From Dudresnaya verticillata (lineage: Eukaryota): a stretch of DNA of 64,000 nucleotides. Positions within the stretch are counted from its first letter, which is position 1, and every line of letters starts with the position of its first letter. The stretch spans positions 496,001-560,000 of the forward strand of contig OZ374557.1 of NCBI GenBank assembly GCA_977862235.1, read 5' to 3'. Shown piece after piece: positions 24,373-36,752 of this stretch. The position numbers were made by a program, and so were the translations under genes. The notes under the pieces are model-generated. The model was not told the DNA's origin, made no database searches, and saw only the letters and a list, made by a program, of their open reading frames with translations.

Positions 24373-27300
24373 AGGCGAAGACGCCCGTTGTGTCACGTAC
24401 TTCGTCTGAATCCGTTCCCCGAGACACTCCGCGTATTCCGATTCCGAGAGCCGCTGCGATGCGAAGGAAGCGCGCTGCACGACGACGAGACCGAAAGCGA
24501 TGTCGAATCCTCGCGAAAGACGCTTCGTGCGAAAACAATTCGAAGAAGATACCGATCTCGAAGATCGAACCCGAAGTTACCACCGAGGGATACGTTTGCT
24601 TGATGACTTCGGAGATCTTCCTCGTGACCGGATCCATTGGCCTCGATGCCTCCGTAATGACGCCGCATACGATTGCCGTCGATACGTGTTCCGGTTACAA
24701 CGTAATAGCCCGGGCTGCGTTACCCACCGGTTGGGAAGCGAACGCGTCCACGATGGAATCGGCTCCGAGGCTCGCGTCCGCTGATCGCACCCCGTTGCGA
24801 CTCGATGGTATCGTTTACCTGACAGTCCGCCTTGGGAACGTTCGATACCGCGTACCCTTCGTGGTTGTGGAGAAACTCGCAGTCGACGTTCTCCTTGGAA
24901 CTTCGTGGATGGACGCGCATTTACGAAGCATCGAGCTCAGCCCACAGAGGCTCATCGCGAAGGGTGGAAGCACGATTCCAATTATCAACCGCATTGCTGG
25001 ACCGGCTCCGCCCGCTACTAATTCGAAAATTCCGAAGCAGAAATTCGAGAAAACGCTATCGAAGCGACACCAACGTGAGCTCCACGATTGGGACCGAGAT
25101 ACCCGTACCATTCGTTTGAACCGCCGCGTCACCATACCGAGTTATTCGCACAAGCTAGTCACCGTGACCTCGGAAGCACTCGGACTAATTCATATCGAAC
25201 CGAAGCCTTCGTTACAACACCGACGCGGAGTACGGTTAACAAACGGGATACACGAAGTCAGTCCGGATCGCGAGTTTTCGGTGTTGATGGCGAACTTCAC
25301 GGATAAGCCTCGAGCTCTACCAAAGGGAACCGTCATCGGATACGCAGCTCGAAACCCGCTCGCGATTCTGACACCCGATCGCGAAGTCGTGGATTCGTTT
25401 GCCAAGGTGCTCAACATCTCTACGCTACGTGAGCACGATGAATCGAAGTCACCCGAAGAATCCGTATCCACGAAGGAAAAACCGCTCACGAAGGGCGCCA
25501 CGACTGCAGCAGCAGAAGCCAATTCGAGTTCCCGCGATTGGGAAGAACGCGTATACCTTTCGAACATACCCGATGAAACTATGCGGAACGAGGTCCTCGA
25601 GATGCTACGTAAGCACGAATCAATGTGGAACGGAGACCTCGGATCGATCGCAGCCACGGAGCATCGGATCGATCTACAACCCGGGACTCGACCTATTCGT
25701 TCGATGCCCTACCGTCAAGGGCCCGCAATACTTGAAATCGTTCGTAACGAAATCGACAGTATGCTCGAAGCCGGAGTAATCGAACCAGCCATCTCGGAGT
25801 GGGCGTCCCCCGTAGTCCTCGCACCGAAGAAAGACGGAACACTTCGTTTTTGTGTAGATTACCGAAGACTCAATACGAAGACACTATCCGACGCGTACCT
25901 GCTTCCCCGGATGGAAGATTGTATCGATTCACTCGGAGACGCTTCGATTTTCTCGACACTCGATTGTAACAGCGGTTACTGGCAGATTCCAGTTGCCCGG
26001 AAGACGGCGACAAGACTACGTTTACTTCGTTTCTCGGAACTTATCGTTATCTTCGTATGCACTTCGGTTTGAAAAACGCGTCCGCTACGTTTCAACGTGC
26101 ACTCGATATCATTCTATCCTGAGTCCGTTGGCAGTGTTGTCTCGTTTACCTCGATGATGTGATCGTTTTCTCCACGAATCTTCGTGAACACATCGCGCAT
26201 CTCGATCAAGCCCTCACGCTACTTCGTAACTCCGGGGTTTCGCTCAAAATGAATAAGTGCTTCCTTTTCCGCAAGCGAGTCGACTATCTCGGACACGTAA
26301 TTTCCCCGGGGAAGCTGAGTATGGCCGAGAGGAGCTCCGAGGCATTCCGATACGCGAAGCTCCCGAAGACCCTCACGCAAGTTCGTTCGTTCCTCGGTGC
26401 GTGTAACGTATAACGAAGATTCTTGAAATACTTCGCGAAACTTGCGCGCCCGTTGACGAACATGACACGAAAGGACGAGGATCCTGACTACGGGAAACGC
26501 TCCATAATCGATACGGGCGCGTCTGTGTATCAACTTGGGTGCGCGTTGCTACAGGAGCAAGATGACGAAGAGTTCCAACCGGTGAGCTACTGGTCTTATT
26601 CGTTAAAAGATGCCGAGAAGAACTACTCCGCAACCGAGCGCGAATGCTACGCAGTCGTATGGGCGGTTACTTCGTTACGTCCGTATATCGAAGGAACCCG
26701 GTTCACCGTGCGTACGGACCACGACGCGCTCCACTGGATTCGTTCTCTCACCGATTCGTCCGGGCGACTCACCCGATGGAGGCTTCGCTTAGCCGAATTC
26801 GACTTCGAAATCGTGTATCGCCCGGTCGCGTCCACCAGATTCTCGATGCCCTCTCGAGATTGCTACTTCCGCATCGCGAACAACCCGCAATCGACGACGA
26901 AGTGCCTACGTTTGACTCGGATCAAAACGCCGCAAAGCACGAAGCACGCTTCCGAAACGACGTCGCGAAAACTATCGAAAACGCAAGAGACCCAGTTCTC
27001 ATCACTACGCGATCTCTCAAACGTCAAACGAACGTTATCGCGATTCGCCACGACTCCACGAGGACGACCACGCCCGCAAAATGGGTAATTCGAGCCGGCA
27101 CTACGCAAAGACCCACGGAGGCCCCAAAAAATAACGCAGCTCACCATCCGCAAAGCCACGAAGGCTGCGCCCACGCCCACGACGAAGCACTGCGTGATAA
27201 ATATGCAGGAAAAAACAAGGTCTACGATGACTGCGATTTATGGGACGATATCGATGACGATGATCTGTTTGACATTTATCGAATCGATCCTAACGAAGAA

Positions 27301-28819
27301 CCGCGTGACCTAACCGATGTCAAACCCGTAGACCTACCCGCCGATTACCGTATCCAAGATCCTCGAGGGACAGCGTATTGATTCGTTCTGCCAAACGGTT
27401 CAAGCACGAAAATCGAAAACGAAGGATATTCTCTTTCACGAAGATGGAGACGGTCTCCTGCGACGAACGCATCCGACAATTCCGAAGTTAACGCAAATCG
27501 TATTGCCCGAAACGCTCCGACCCCGGCTACTTACGCTAGCGCACCATTCGTTACTCGCTGGCCACCCGGGGCAGAATCTCATGTTCTACTCACTTCTTGA
27601 AACGTATTACTGGCCTTACATGGCTGCCGATATCGCATCTACGGTCCGAAGTTGCAAGCACTGCGCACGAAATCGGATTCTCTTACGAAGGAACCTTCAT
27701 CGCTTGAAGCTCTTCCTAGCTACGCGCCCACTCGAATCGGTCGCGATTGACATCTTAGGCCCGTTGCCACGTACGAAATCTGGACGCAAGTTCATCTTCG
27801 TGATTACGGATCGCTTTGCGAAGTTGACCCAGGTGGCCACACTACGAGTAATCACCGCGTATCACGTGGCCGTTGCCTTTTGCGAAGTTTGGATATTCAA
27901 GTACGGACCGCCCGCCTCGGTGCTCTCGGATAACGGGAAACAGTTTACTTCGAAGTTCTTTCAGGGCGTCTGTCGCTTACTCGGGTTATCGAACGTGTTC
28001 ACCTCCGCATATCATCCGCAAACAAATGGACAAACCGAACAATATAACCGGACTATCCTCGCGATGCTTCGTAACTACGTGAACGGCCACCAAAACGATT
28101 GGGACCGCTACGTCTCCGCGTTAACGGATTCGTACAATTGCCACGTTCATCGGTCTACGAAGACAACTCCGTTCAATCTCGTTTTATCGCGCCCGCCGCC
28201 CGAATTCACCGTCAAGCATCGCTCCCGTAAGCACCGACCGAAACCCACGGAGGACATTCGAAACGATTTCATTAAGCGACTCGATGTCGCAATCGCCTCC
28301 GCAAGAACTTCGTTACAACGTGTGCAAAACCGATACAAGCGCGACTTCGACAAACGCATCCGACGCACGAAGAGTCGCGTCAAACGCGGAGACTACGTGT
28401 TCCTCGATACCCACGATGGGAAAACGAAACTTCCGAAGTTTAAATCCCCCGCGGAGGGGCCATACAAAGTGCTCTTCAACGATACGCGTACACTTGTAAT
28501 CGACCGCAAGGGCCTCGTTGAACGCGTCTCCGCGGACCGCTGCATCTACGTGCCACCACCTACGAATTCGCGACCGTCGATTACGCGACCCGAAGACATT
28601 GCGGAAAAGGTCAACGAAGCCCCCGAGTACGTTGTCGATCGTATCATCGATCATTCGACAGACGCAGACGGGAAAATCGTGTTTCGTATCAAGTGGGACG
28701 GCTACGCAACGCCTACGTGGGAACCTCGTACGCACGTGCCCGAAGAACTCGTTTCGCGCTACTTCGCAAGGCTTCGAAGCCAAGCGGACCCGCGTGATCC
28801 CGTGCTAGTTGCGCACTAA
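24360..28819 (+). pseudogene. pol: pol of A: protease, RT, RNase H, integrase, chromodomain (disrupted; integrase frame 27503-28819 open)
   Basis: [33 protein letters not shown], plus RNase H, integrase and chromodomain motifs. Confidence 0.95.
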
Positions 28820-29934
28820 TGGCTCTACGACTGGGACCCTGAGTGGTTCCGTAGCCCCGACTTCGTGATCCGCAACCCGCAGCCCGAATAAAGCCTACGC
28901 CCACTCGAGTTGCGCGGCACCCGAAGCTCATTAACCGAATGGCCCCGGCGCCCCACTACGTTCTTGCATCACGTGCTGACTGCGCAAGTGCTCATTTCGA
29001 TTACCCCGGAGCATACGTTTGCATTATACCGCTACGAGTCTCTCGTGCCCCAACTTCGTGATACTCGTCTCCGTATTCCGCGACGCGCCTTCGTCGCACA
29101 CGACCACAGCCCCGACACACACGGATGCCTCGGAGCAGACGACCGCCACCCCGCAGATGACGCTGCCGCAGCTGCGCAATTTCGATGGAACGCGACGCAC
29201 GCCAACGCAGCCCTCGGCGGCATCACGAAGCCCTCTCCGCATCACCGTGTCCGCGCGCGATCACCGATTCGTTCGTCACGATGCCCACACAAAGTCGCGT
29301 CTCACGCAGTCGGAAGCGTTCCGCGGCATCGTAATGGGCGCGCCCACCGCTGCTATGATGGACCCACACTGTGTCCCACGAGCTTCGTGATATTCGACAC
29401 TGACTCATCCGCGCACACGGTTGCACCGCGGCACTCGCATTACAGGAGCTGACACCGCGACGGACGGACACGGTGAACTATACGTAACTTGTCATACGCG
29501 CCTGACGTCATACTTCGAGGCCGATGCCACCCGCAACACGCACTTCGCCTTCGCAACCCGCGCATCACGCCGAAGTCGCTCGATCGCTTGCCTCGGAGCA
29601 GCGCAGATGCCGACTCAACCCCTCGCTTGAGCCACGGAGCTCACTCCCTTTTACGACGCACCTTCGACGCGACCACGGAGTCCTCGACGTGTGCCCGACA
29701 ACTGCTTGCCTTGGAGCTCGCTGACGCGTGCGCCTGAGCCCCGATGCACCCCCGAAGCAGCTCGACCACGACAGCTCCGGAGCTCCCGCGACTTGCTCAG
29801 CGCGATCATCGCCCCACACGCACAGCTCTCCGAGGAGCGCGTATCCGCAAACCACCCCCCCAATCACGTCGGCGCGGACGCCTTCCTCTTTAGGAGGGGG
29901 CCGTGCACGTGAAATTCCGAAGTCTCGATGATGC

Positions 29935-30437
29935 CGCCATTCGAGAACCGAAGCTGCGATTTCGAATCCGTTTTGTCTCCGTGATTCCCGAGGTCTTCAC
30001 GGACTCCGAAGGCCAAGTCAATCGCGATTCGCAACTCTCGGTTTGTCGCGGTCGGACCGTATCGAAATTCCTTGCACCGTATTGCATCGCCTACACCCCC
30101 ATGCACGCCATTCGTGAACGCAAGACCCGGAGCTCCATCGGCCAGATCATTATGCATTTACACAACGTATCGATGACTATTATCGAAGTCAACTCGAGAT
30201 GCCACGGTTTAGTTCGGATTCGCTGTCGTGTCGCCCCGGAGCTTTCGAAACCACCGTTTTGCAACATTCGCAGCCGCACACACGCCATTCGAGAACCGAA
30301 GCTGCGATTTAGAATCCGTTTCGTCTCCATGATTCCCGAGGTCTTCGTGAACTCCGAAGTCCAAGTCAATCGCGTTTCGCAACTCTCGGTTTGTCGCGAT
30401 CGGACCATATCGAAATTACGCGCTTGGTATTGCATCG
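29935..30437 (+). repeat. Two ~155-bp direct repeats (29935-30089, 30283-30437) upstream of the PPT of A
   Basis: CGCCATTCGAGAACCGAAGCTGCGATTT...GTATTGCATCG at an offset of 348. Confidence 0.9.
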
Positions 30438-30510
30438 TTTGAATGCAGGCCACGCCAATTCGTAAAGCCGTAACCCGTGACCGGGACGTTCGCTCTTGAG
30501 GAGGGGGCCG

Positions 30511-31263
30511 TGTGGTATAGACGCTATGCGCAAAACGACTCCGTCGTCTACGTGAAAATAACCGAGAAATACGAATTTCGAAGTGACTCCGTGAATGCGC
30601 ACGCCACGATGGCAAACGTATTACAGTGCGAATACTCTGCGTATGCCACGATGGCATTTGCATTACAACACGCACGCGATACGAAATCGCTGACACCTTC
30701 GTGATCTTCCCGTTGTGTCCTGCGTGTAACGGCACCTCGGCCCACGACGCGCGTGCACCTCCGTATGCATTGCTGGCGCACTTCGTAACCGCCACCATAC
30801 GTGAGACGACCGTTCGTTGGCACCGAGGCCGTTACGAATCATTCGATTACGAACCGTCTCCCGCGTTGACGTGTATTCGTGCTCACGTAGTATTACTTAG
30901 CCAGTCGTCTGGCACAACCTCCGAGGGTTTCCGGTAAGCGACTAGCGCCCGGACCTCGGAGTCTTCGGTAAACGCCTGTTTCTTCGACTTCGGTGTCTTC
31001 GTCTTCGTGACCGCGGATACCGTCGAGCCTCGCTTTCGGTAGCCCCGCGCACCTGAAGTCATCCCCGCTGATCGATCGCTCGAGTTCTCCCTTCCGCACA
31101 CGAATACGTTGACACCGTGGTCCTTCGTGTTGGTCGCTCCGCTCTGCCACGCTACCACCCCTTTTCGTTTCTCCGTAAGGCTACGAGGCCATTAGTTAGG
31201 CTCCGAGGCCACTACTTACAGTGCGAGACTTCCCCGCGTCACCGTGGACTTCGTTATACCACA
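30511..31263 (+). repeat. 3' LTR of A (753 bp)
   Basis: Direct repeat of 21014-21855, lacking a 90-bp unit. Confidence 0.96.
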
Positions 31264-32201
31264 TGGCGGACTACGGTTGGGCCCGCAGCACGTGGCGTAC
31301 CCGTCTGAGCCAGATTCGTCGCTGGGTGGCCTTTTGCGACGAGGAGGGCCGCTGCCCATTTCCAGGGGACGAAGATGACGTACTGGCCTACATAGGCTAC
31401 TTGTCACTCGAGGGGCGTATCAGCGCGCAATCCACTCGTCCATACGCTTCGGCCGTGTCCAGGTACCATGTGGGCCACCGCTTCGGATCGCCCACATTTC
31501 ATGTCAGCTTCCGGACGTTGCTACGTGCGTCCGCCAACAAGGCAGACTGCTCGGGTTCAGTGGTGCTGGCTCGGACGGGCTGCCATGTCACACTGATGAA
31601 ACGGGTGCTGGAACTGGGATTGGAGACGGAAGACATGGAAACGATTGGGTGTTGCGCTATGGTGATTTTTGCTTTTATTTTCCAGTGCCGCTCTGTGAAT
31701 GTGGGGAACATCGCTGACACAGAAATTGCCGTGAATGCTGCTAACGTTCTCGCCTCACTCACTCATCGGAAGGGAAAGTCGCGCCGACGCCCACTACGCC
31801 TTGCCTACCGTGCCAACTCCGATCAGGAAGCCGGTACCGGAGCTGACTCGCTTTTTCGCCGCTGGATTGCCGTGAGCCCCGCAAGCCGCGGCGTTTTCAA
31901 CCTCGCCGCCGATTCTCCCGTTGGTACCGCGACCTTTAGCGACGCTCTGGAACGCGCGCTTCACTGGGTCGGTGCGGAGGCTCCTGCGGGGTACTGCTAC
32001 CAGTCCCATAGCCCGCGCATCCGCGGGCTCAACGAGCTGGTCAACCTGCAGTTCTCGCCGGTGTGGATCCGCAACCGCTTGAACTGGACGTCAGACCTCA
32101 TGTTTGACGTCTATCACGACAGTCGAGTCGTTCTCAGCCCACTCTCGGGGTGGTTTTTTGCGCATCTACGCGGCGCCGCCGCTCTGAGCACACCTCCGTA
32201 A
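31264..32201 (+). pseudogene. DIRS tyrosine recombinase, main part (frame open, separated from its N-terminus)
   Basis: Catalytic series R (FQCRS), K (HRKGK), HxxR (SHSPRIRG), W (LNWTS), Y (FDVYHD). Confidence 0.9.
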
Positions 32202-32212
32202 TATGGACCTTC

Positions 32213-32439
32213 GCCACCGTGTACACGCTGTGCGTGTATGCGGGTGAAGACCAAGCACGGGAAGTAGCGAGCTACTGAGCTCTCCTATCATTTTGGCCGA
32301 GCGTCCCAGAGCGGAGCGGCGGCGAGCTAGATAAGATGAGCTCGCTGTGCTGCTCCGCGCACCGCCGACCCTCGGCGTGTCTATTTCTCTTTCCCGCCCT
32401 CCCGCCAGTAGCATACACGCACAGCGTGTACATGGTGGC
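32213..32439. repeat. Right end of DIRS: 29-bp inverted repeat (32213-32241, 32411-32439) enclosing the 138-bp direct repeat copy (32256-32393)
   Basis: GCCACCGTGTACACGCTGTGCGTGTATGC versus GCATACACGCACAGCGTGTACATGGTGGC, 1 mismatch. Confidence 0.92.
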
Positions 32440-32577
32440 AAAACGAACGTGGGCTGACGTGGCATGACTTTTTTCCCTGTACGTGGCCTTGAAGTGCTCC
32501 AGACTTCGCACTGTACAGTACGGGATTCTGCAAATACTGTACCTCTCCCGTATTTAAATTAAGGGCTATTTTGCGTT

Positions 32578-32826
32578 TAGGGGGTGACACGGTCCCATTT
32601 TGTGGTAAACGAGGGGTGAAACGCGACTTTTTGTGGTAAATAGGGGGTGAATCGGGAAAAGTTGTTGCAACAGCAGGGTGACATGGGCTGCAATTGAGTT
32701 ATGCAGGGGCGAAGAGTGAAATGTCACCCTGCACTTGGTTCAAGAAAATGAAATGTCACCCGATCCCGCCCGAAAGCGAGTCATTTTCACCTCGGCCATA
32801 CATCAAAAGCGTAGTAATTCACCCAT
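32578..32826. repeat. Short-motif array (GGGGTGA / TTTTGTGGTAAA ~31-bp units, then inverted TCACCC copies); probable subterminal region of the Mutator-like element
   Basis: Repeats are visible directly. No matching right-hand TIR was found. Confidence 0.55.
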
Positions 32827-33090
32827 GCACCACTCCACAGCACCAAGTATCCGAACTGCCCAAGGCTACTCTGGGGTATTAACTGCATACTGAAAAACAG
32901 CCCAGAGCTCCCAAATGAGCTTCCCAGAACGGAAATATCGCCCCTGCGCGAGATGCAGAAACTTATGTGTCACCCCCTCCCCCACGAGACGTGCACAACC
33001 TCCCGATACAAATCCCTTCGCCCCATCTGTTGTCGTTGTCACCCTCCAACGTCCCCTCAACCACGCACCCCACATTCTTTCGGCTCAGAA

Positions 33091-36000
33091 AATGCAGCCA
33101 CAGCGCATCCGCCTGGTAACCATGACGCAAGGAATTCGCCACCTTTCCACTGTAGAGTAAGGCGTTGCATCTCTCCTCGACATTTTCTGCCTTTCGGCAG
33201 GTGCGGCCTCTCTCTCTCTCATTCAAATCAAACAAGTCTACCGCCGCATTGCTCGCTTGTACATCCGGACAAGGTTCGCGCCGTTCATCCCCGGTACGCT
33301 GACCGCTCTATGCGGATTCTTGCGCGCGCAATGGAACAAGCCGAAAGCGAAATACGCTACTTAGGGATGGACAGGAGCCCTGGTGCTCATTCTCCAGATA
33401 TTGTGCTCCAGCCTGCGTACCTCATTTTCAACAGGACCTCCTCCGAGCGAGAGATAATGCTGCGGGAAATCGAGCAGGAGCAAGAGGAGGAGCGGGAAGA
33501 GAGACGAGAACAAGAAAATCGGCGTAGGTAGGAAGAAAGAGCTCGTAGGGAACAAGAGGATGCCCAGGCGCAAATGTTACGGGAAGCACAGCTGGGGAAG
33601 GAGCGGTGTGAGAGGGAGCGAGCTGAGAAAGAGCCAGCGGAGAGGTTGGAGAGGGATAGGATTGAGCGAGAGCGACTCGCAACTGGATAGGGACCGTGTC
33701 CACAAGGAGAGGGCGGTGAGTTTGGAGAGGGAAAAGTCCATTCAACTAGAAAAGGAGAGGGCTGCACAGCTGGAACATAAAAAGGATGAAAGAGACAGAG
33801 CTGCCCAGCTGGAGAGGGAGAAGGCTGCTCGACTGCGGAGAGAGGAGTTGGAGAGGCAGAGAAATGCGGAAGCTGCAGAACTGGCTAAGTTGTTCTGCCC
33901 TCCGACTCGTTTCGACAGAACTGGGGGTAGTTGCGCTGAAGAACAGGATGTAGACGCACGGGAACCGGCTCCTGTTGAAGATGAAAATGGCTCTGCACTG
34001 CAGGACAAGGATCTGCAAGGTGCCAAAGAGGCTGAGATGGAAGTTGAGGAAAGTAATACCCCTGGAACGCCTCCCGCCGAGGCTGAAGTCGAAGTTGAGG
34101 AAAGGACAGGTGACGCTGAAGGTGAAGGGACGGGGAGTGACTCTGTCGAAGATTCAGATGGTTTCGCCGACGATTGTGACGACGAATTCGACCCTTTGGC
34201 TTACATTGCAGTTGATATTGGACAGAAAGAAGACGAAGAGCACCCTGCAGACATCCACATTCCGGAAGGAGCAGACAAAAAAGCCAGAAGAACACTGTAA
34301 AAGCGACAATCGAAACGGCGGACGATGTTTCGTGCAAAGGAGTGTGTACGTGCAGAACGGTTGGTAGCCATGTCTTGGAAGCCCCGTTCCGCAGTGGAAG
34401 TCAAGGTGAAGGTGGGTATAGCGCTAAACGCACGTTGGAGGTGTGAACAACTTATTAGAGCTCACACTGCACACCTCGGAGTGCAGAAAGGGGTGAATAT
34501 CCTGCAAACGCCTGTGAAGGTTAGGTTAGGATGGCGTGCCGTACAGAAGACTGCCCAGCTACTTTCGTGTTCGATTGGCAGCCAAGAACTGGGTTTTGGA
34601 AGCTCAACAAGTACCAAGACCATCTTAATGAGTGCTTCGGACAACACTTTGCTGACAGCCCCATTAACATCTTGTCACGCTCTTCCTCATGTGCTCCAGC
34701 ATACACCCCCCAGCAAGTAGCACGAGCCATTCTTGAGGACATGCATGGTGGCCCTAACGTACCATGTAAGACGATTGGCTCAGTTGTTCGAGCCAAGCGT
34801 ATCTACTTTCGCCAACCGCCTTACAGCCACTATCGTAGTGTGAGAAGAGAGCTCCTTCGTCATTTCTCTATCTCCAGAGCGGTAGATATGGCAGCTCTAG
34901 AAGGATACGCGGAACGGCTGCGGACCGTTGGGCATCAGGTCGATATCTTCGTTTGCAGCGGCGTGGAAATGAAGCAAACAAGGGTGAAAGCTGCGCGCTA
35001 TATCTTCGAGCAATGCAAGAAGGGGAATGAGATACCGAAAGATTCTCCGTTTAAGGCAAACGATGTGGACGTGTCAGACATTCAGGACGAAGGGCGCTAT
35101 TACTGTAGATTGATGTTCATCCCATCTATTGCCAAAGGATACTGCAAGAATGGACGTTTCACTGCAGCTGAAGATGCTGCGCACTGCGAAGGAGTCGGAA
35201 TGCAATCCTACGCCACTACATTTCAAGTCGTCGGATACGATGGAAACCATCGGCTTTGCCAGGTTGTGTTTGCCCATTTCGTTGGACCGGAGGACAATGA
35301 CTCGTGGGGAAAGGTGTTTACGGTATGCGCTGATATTGAAGGATTTAATGTGGAGAAGCGGGTTACTATCGTGGACCAAGAGAAGTCAATCGACGCCTCA
35401 TATGGGGAGGTAATGACGAACGCGAAGCTATTTTTGGATCCCTTGCACGTCAAGAAAAATATGTCCAAACATCTGGGTGCTAACAAGGCTGCCGCGATAC
35501 GTTTGTATGAGTGTACTGACCATGCGCCGTCAAGACAGGAGGTACACGCGCTAAAGGAAGAATTCTCAGAGAAGCAGAAGGAATATCTGGTTCGGTTCCT
35601 GGATTCAGAACTATATCGGGCATAATTAAAGCTAGAAGACCTGATAACAATATCTAAAGGTGCGAAAAGCCAGATTTCTGCAGATGTGAGGAATCAAATT
35701 CGTTCCGTTGAGCCGCAGAAGATGCTGACAAGGGTTGTACTTACTCAAAGGACTCTATTCTACGCCGGCAGCAGCGTGCACTATCGTGTTTTTCTCCCGT
35801 TCCTGATCGAACGGAAAAGCATCTTGCACGATTGGTTCAACGCGCTCGTTCCTATTAGCCTTCTGTACGCTTTGTAGACGGCACATCTGAAATGGAAGCT
35901 ACTGTAGCAAGCCAAGGGAATGGTACCATTGTCCGTCGCGTCACTCTGAGTCAAACCCGTCAGATCCCGCCGCTGTGATGTTCCTATTCTACAAATGGAT

Positions 36001-36395
36001 CCGGGTTTCGGTGTTGGCATGGGGTTGCGGTTTTGGTCGAGAAGCATGGCGTCGGAAATCTGCATCGCTTTGTGGACAGTCGGCATCTAGCAGCAGCTCG
36101 GGTGAACCAGTATGAAAATGTGGAGTACAACCTCCCTTCTCAAGTTTCTATCGACGAAGTTATCTACAATGCTAAGATAGTGGTTGCGAAAAAGGAGAAT
36201 CTGCAAATTCCAATGGCGTTGCCACCGCCCCGTGGTCGCCCTGTGAAGAACGCGAGTAAGCGCAAGAAGAACTGGTACGAGAGAGGTCCTTCTGCAACGA
36301 AAAAGCGAGTATACAATTGTTCATTATGTCGTCTGGCGAATCACACTGTGAAGGATTGTCCTCTGAAGCAGCTCTATGGGGATACCGCGGAGTAG
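33091..36395 (+). pseudogene. Mutator/MULE-type DDE transposase with N-terminal coiled-coil and acidic extension (disrupted)
   Basis: CRTEDCP..W..H..C DNA-binding motif, DAAHC, IVDQEKS..LDPLHVKKN, degenerate SWIM (CSY..CWH at about 35980-36020), PPPRGRP and CSLCRLANHTVKDC. Start approximate. Confidence 0.82.
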
Positions 36396-36691
36396 TGACC
36401 GCATAGTAACCGAAGTCACCCCCATTCAGTACAAAATATTACCTTGTCGCCCTTCTCCTAGTTCACAATTTGGAGATGTCGCCTTCTGTCAGACTGACCA
36501 TCATCATAACGAAAGGACACGACCAAGATTAGAAAGTATTAGCAGCGTTGACTACATTACAGTCTGCTGCGCTGCCTTGGTCGTCTGCCTTGGCCTTTTC
36601 TTCATTGTTCCCCAATAAACCTCTTTTATCCCACACGACTACTCACTATCTACCACTTTACTTGGATCGTACCAAGTAACGGATAGTGCGG

Positions 36692-36752
36692 CGCTACTGA
36701 AAGGACCTTTTCACGACAATCCAGCGCTACTGCAAGGACCTTTTCACGACAA
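36692..36752 (+). repeat. 33-bp period tandem duplication
   Basis: GCGCTACTG(A/C)AAGGACCTTTTCACGACAA twice. Confidence 0.85.

Larger units (their letters stand above)
21014..31263 (+). mobile_element. Complete decayed Ty3/Gypsy element A with chromodomain integrase
   Basis: LTR pair, TSD TGGCG (21009-21013 and 31264-31268), PBS at 21857, PPT GAGGAGGGGGCCG at 30498-30510. Confidence 0.97.
17951..32439 (+). mobile_element. DIRS-order tyrosine-recombinase retrotransposon, interrupted by element A
   Basis: gag-like ORF, RT (YIDD), RNase H, methyltransferase-like motif, tyrosine recombinase, and a 138-bp direct repeat at both ends. Confidence 0.92.

Noticed and set aside
28820..29890. Possible extra or antisense gene in the 3' internal region of A (and 2712-3438)
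   Set aside because: Only short overlapping GC-rich ORFs on both strands, with none of the antisense-family motifs.
31221..32201. Stand-alone phage integrase or Crypton, or a 326-aa ORF starting at 31221
   Set aside because: The first codons lie in the LTR of A. The true N-terminus is before 21014 and the gene belongs to the DIRS element.
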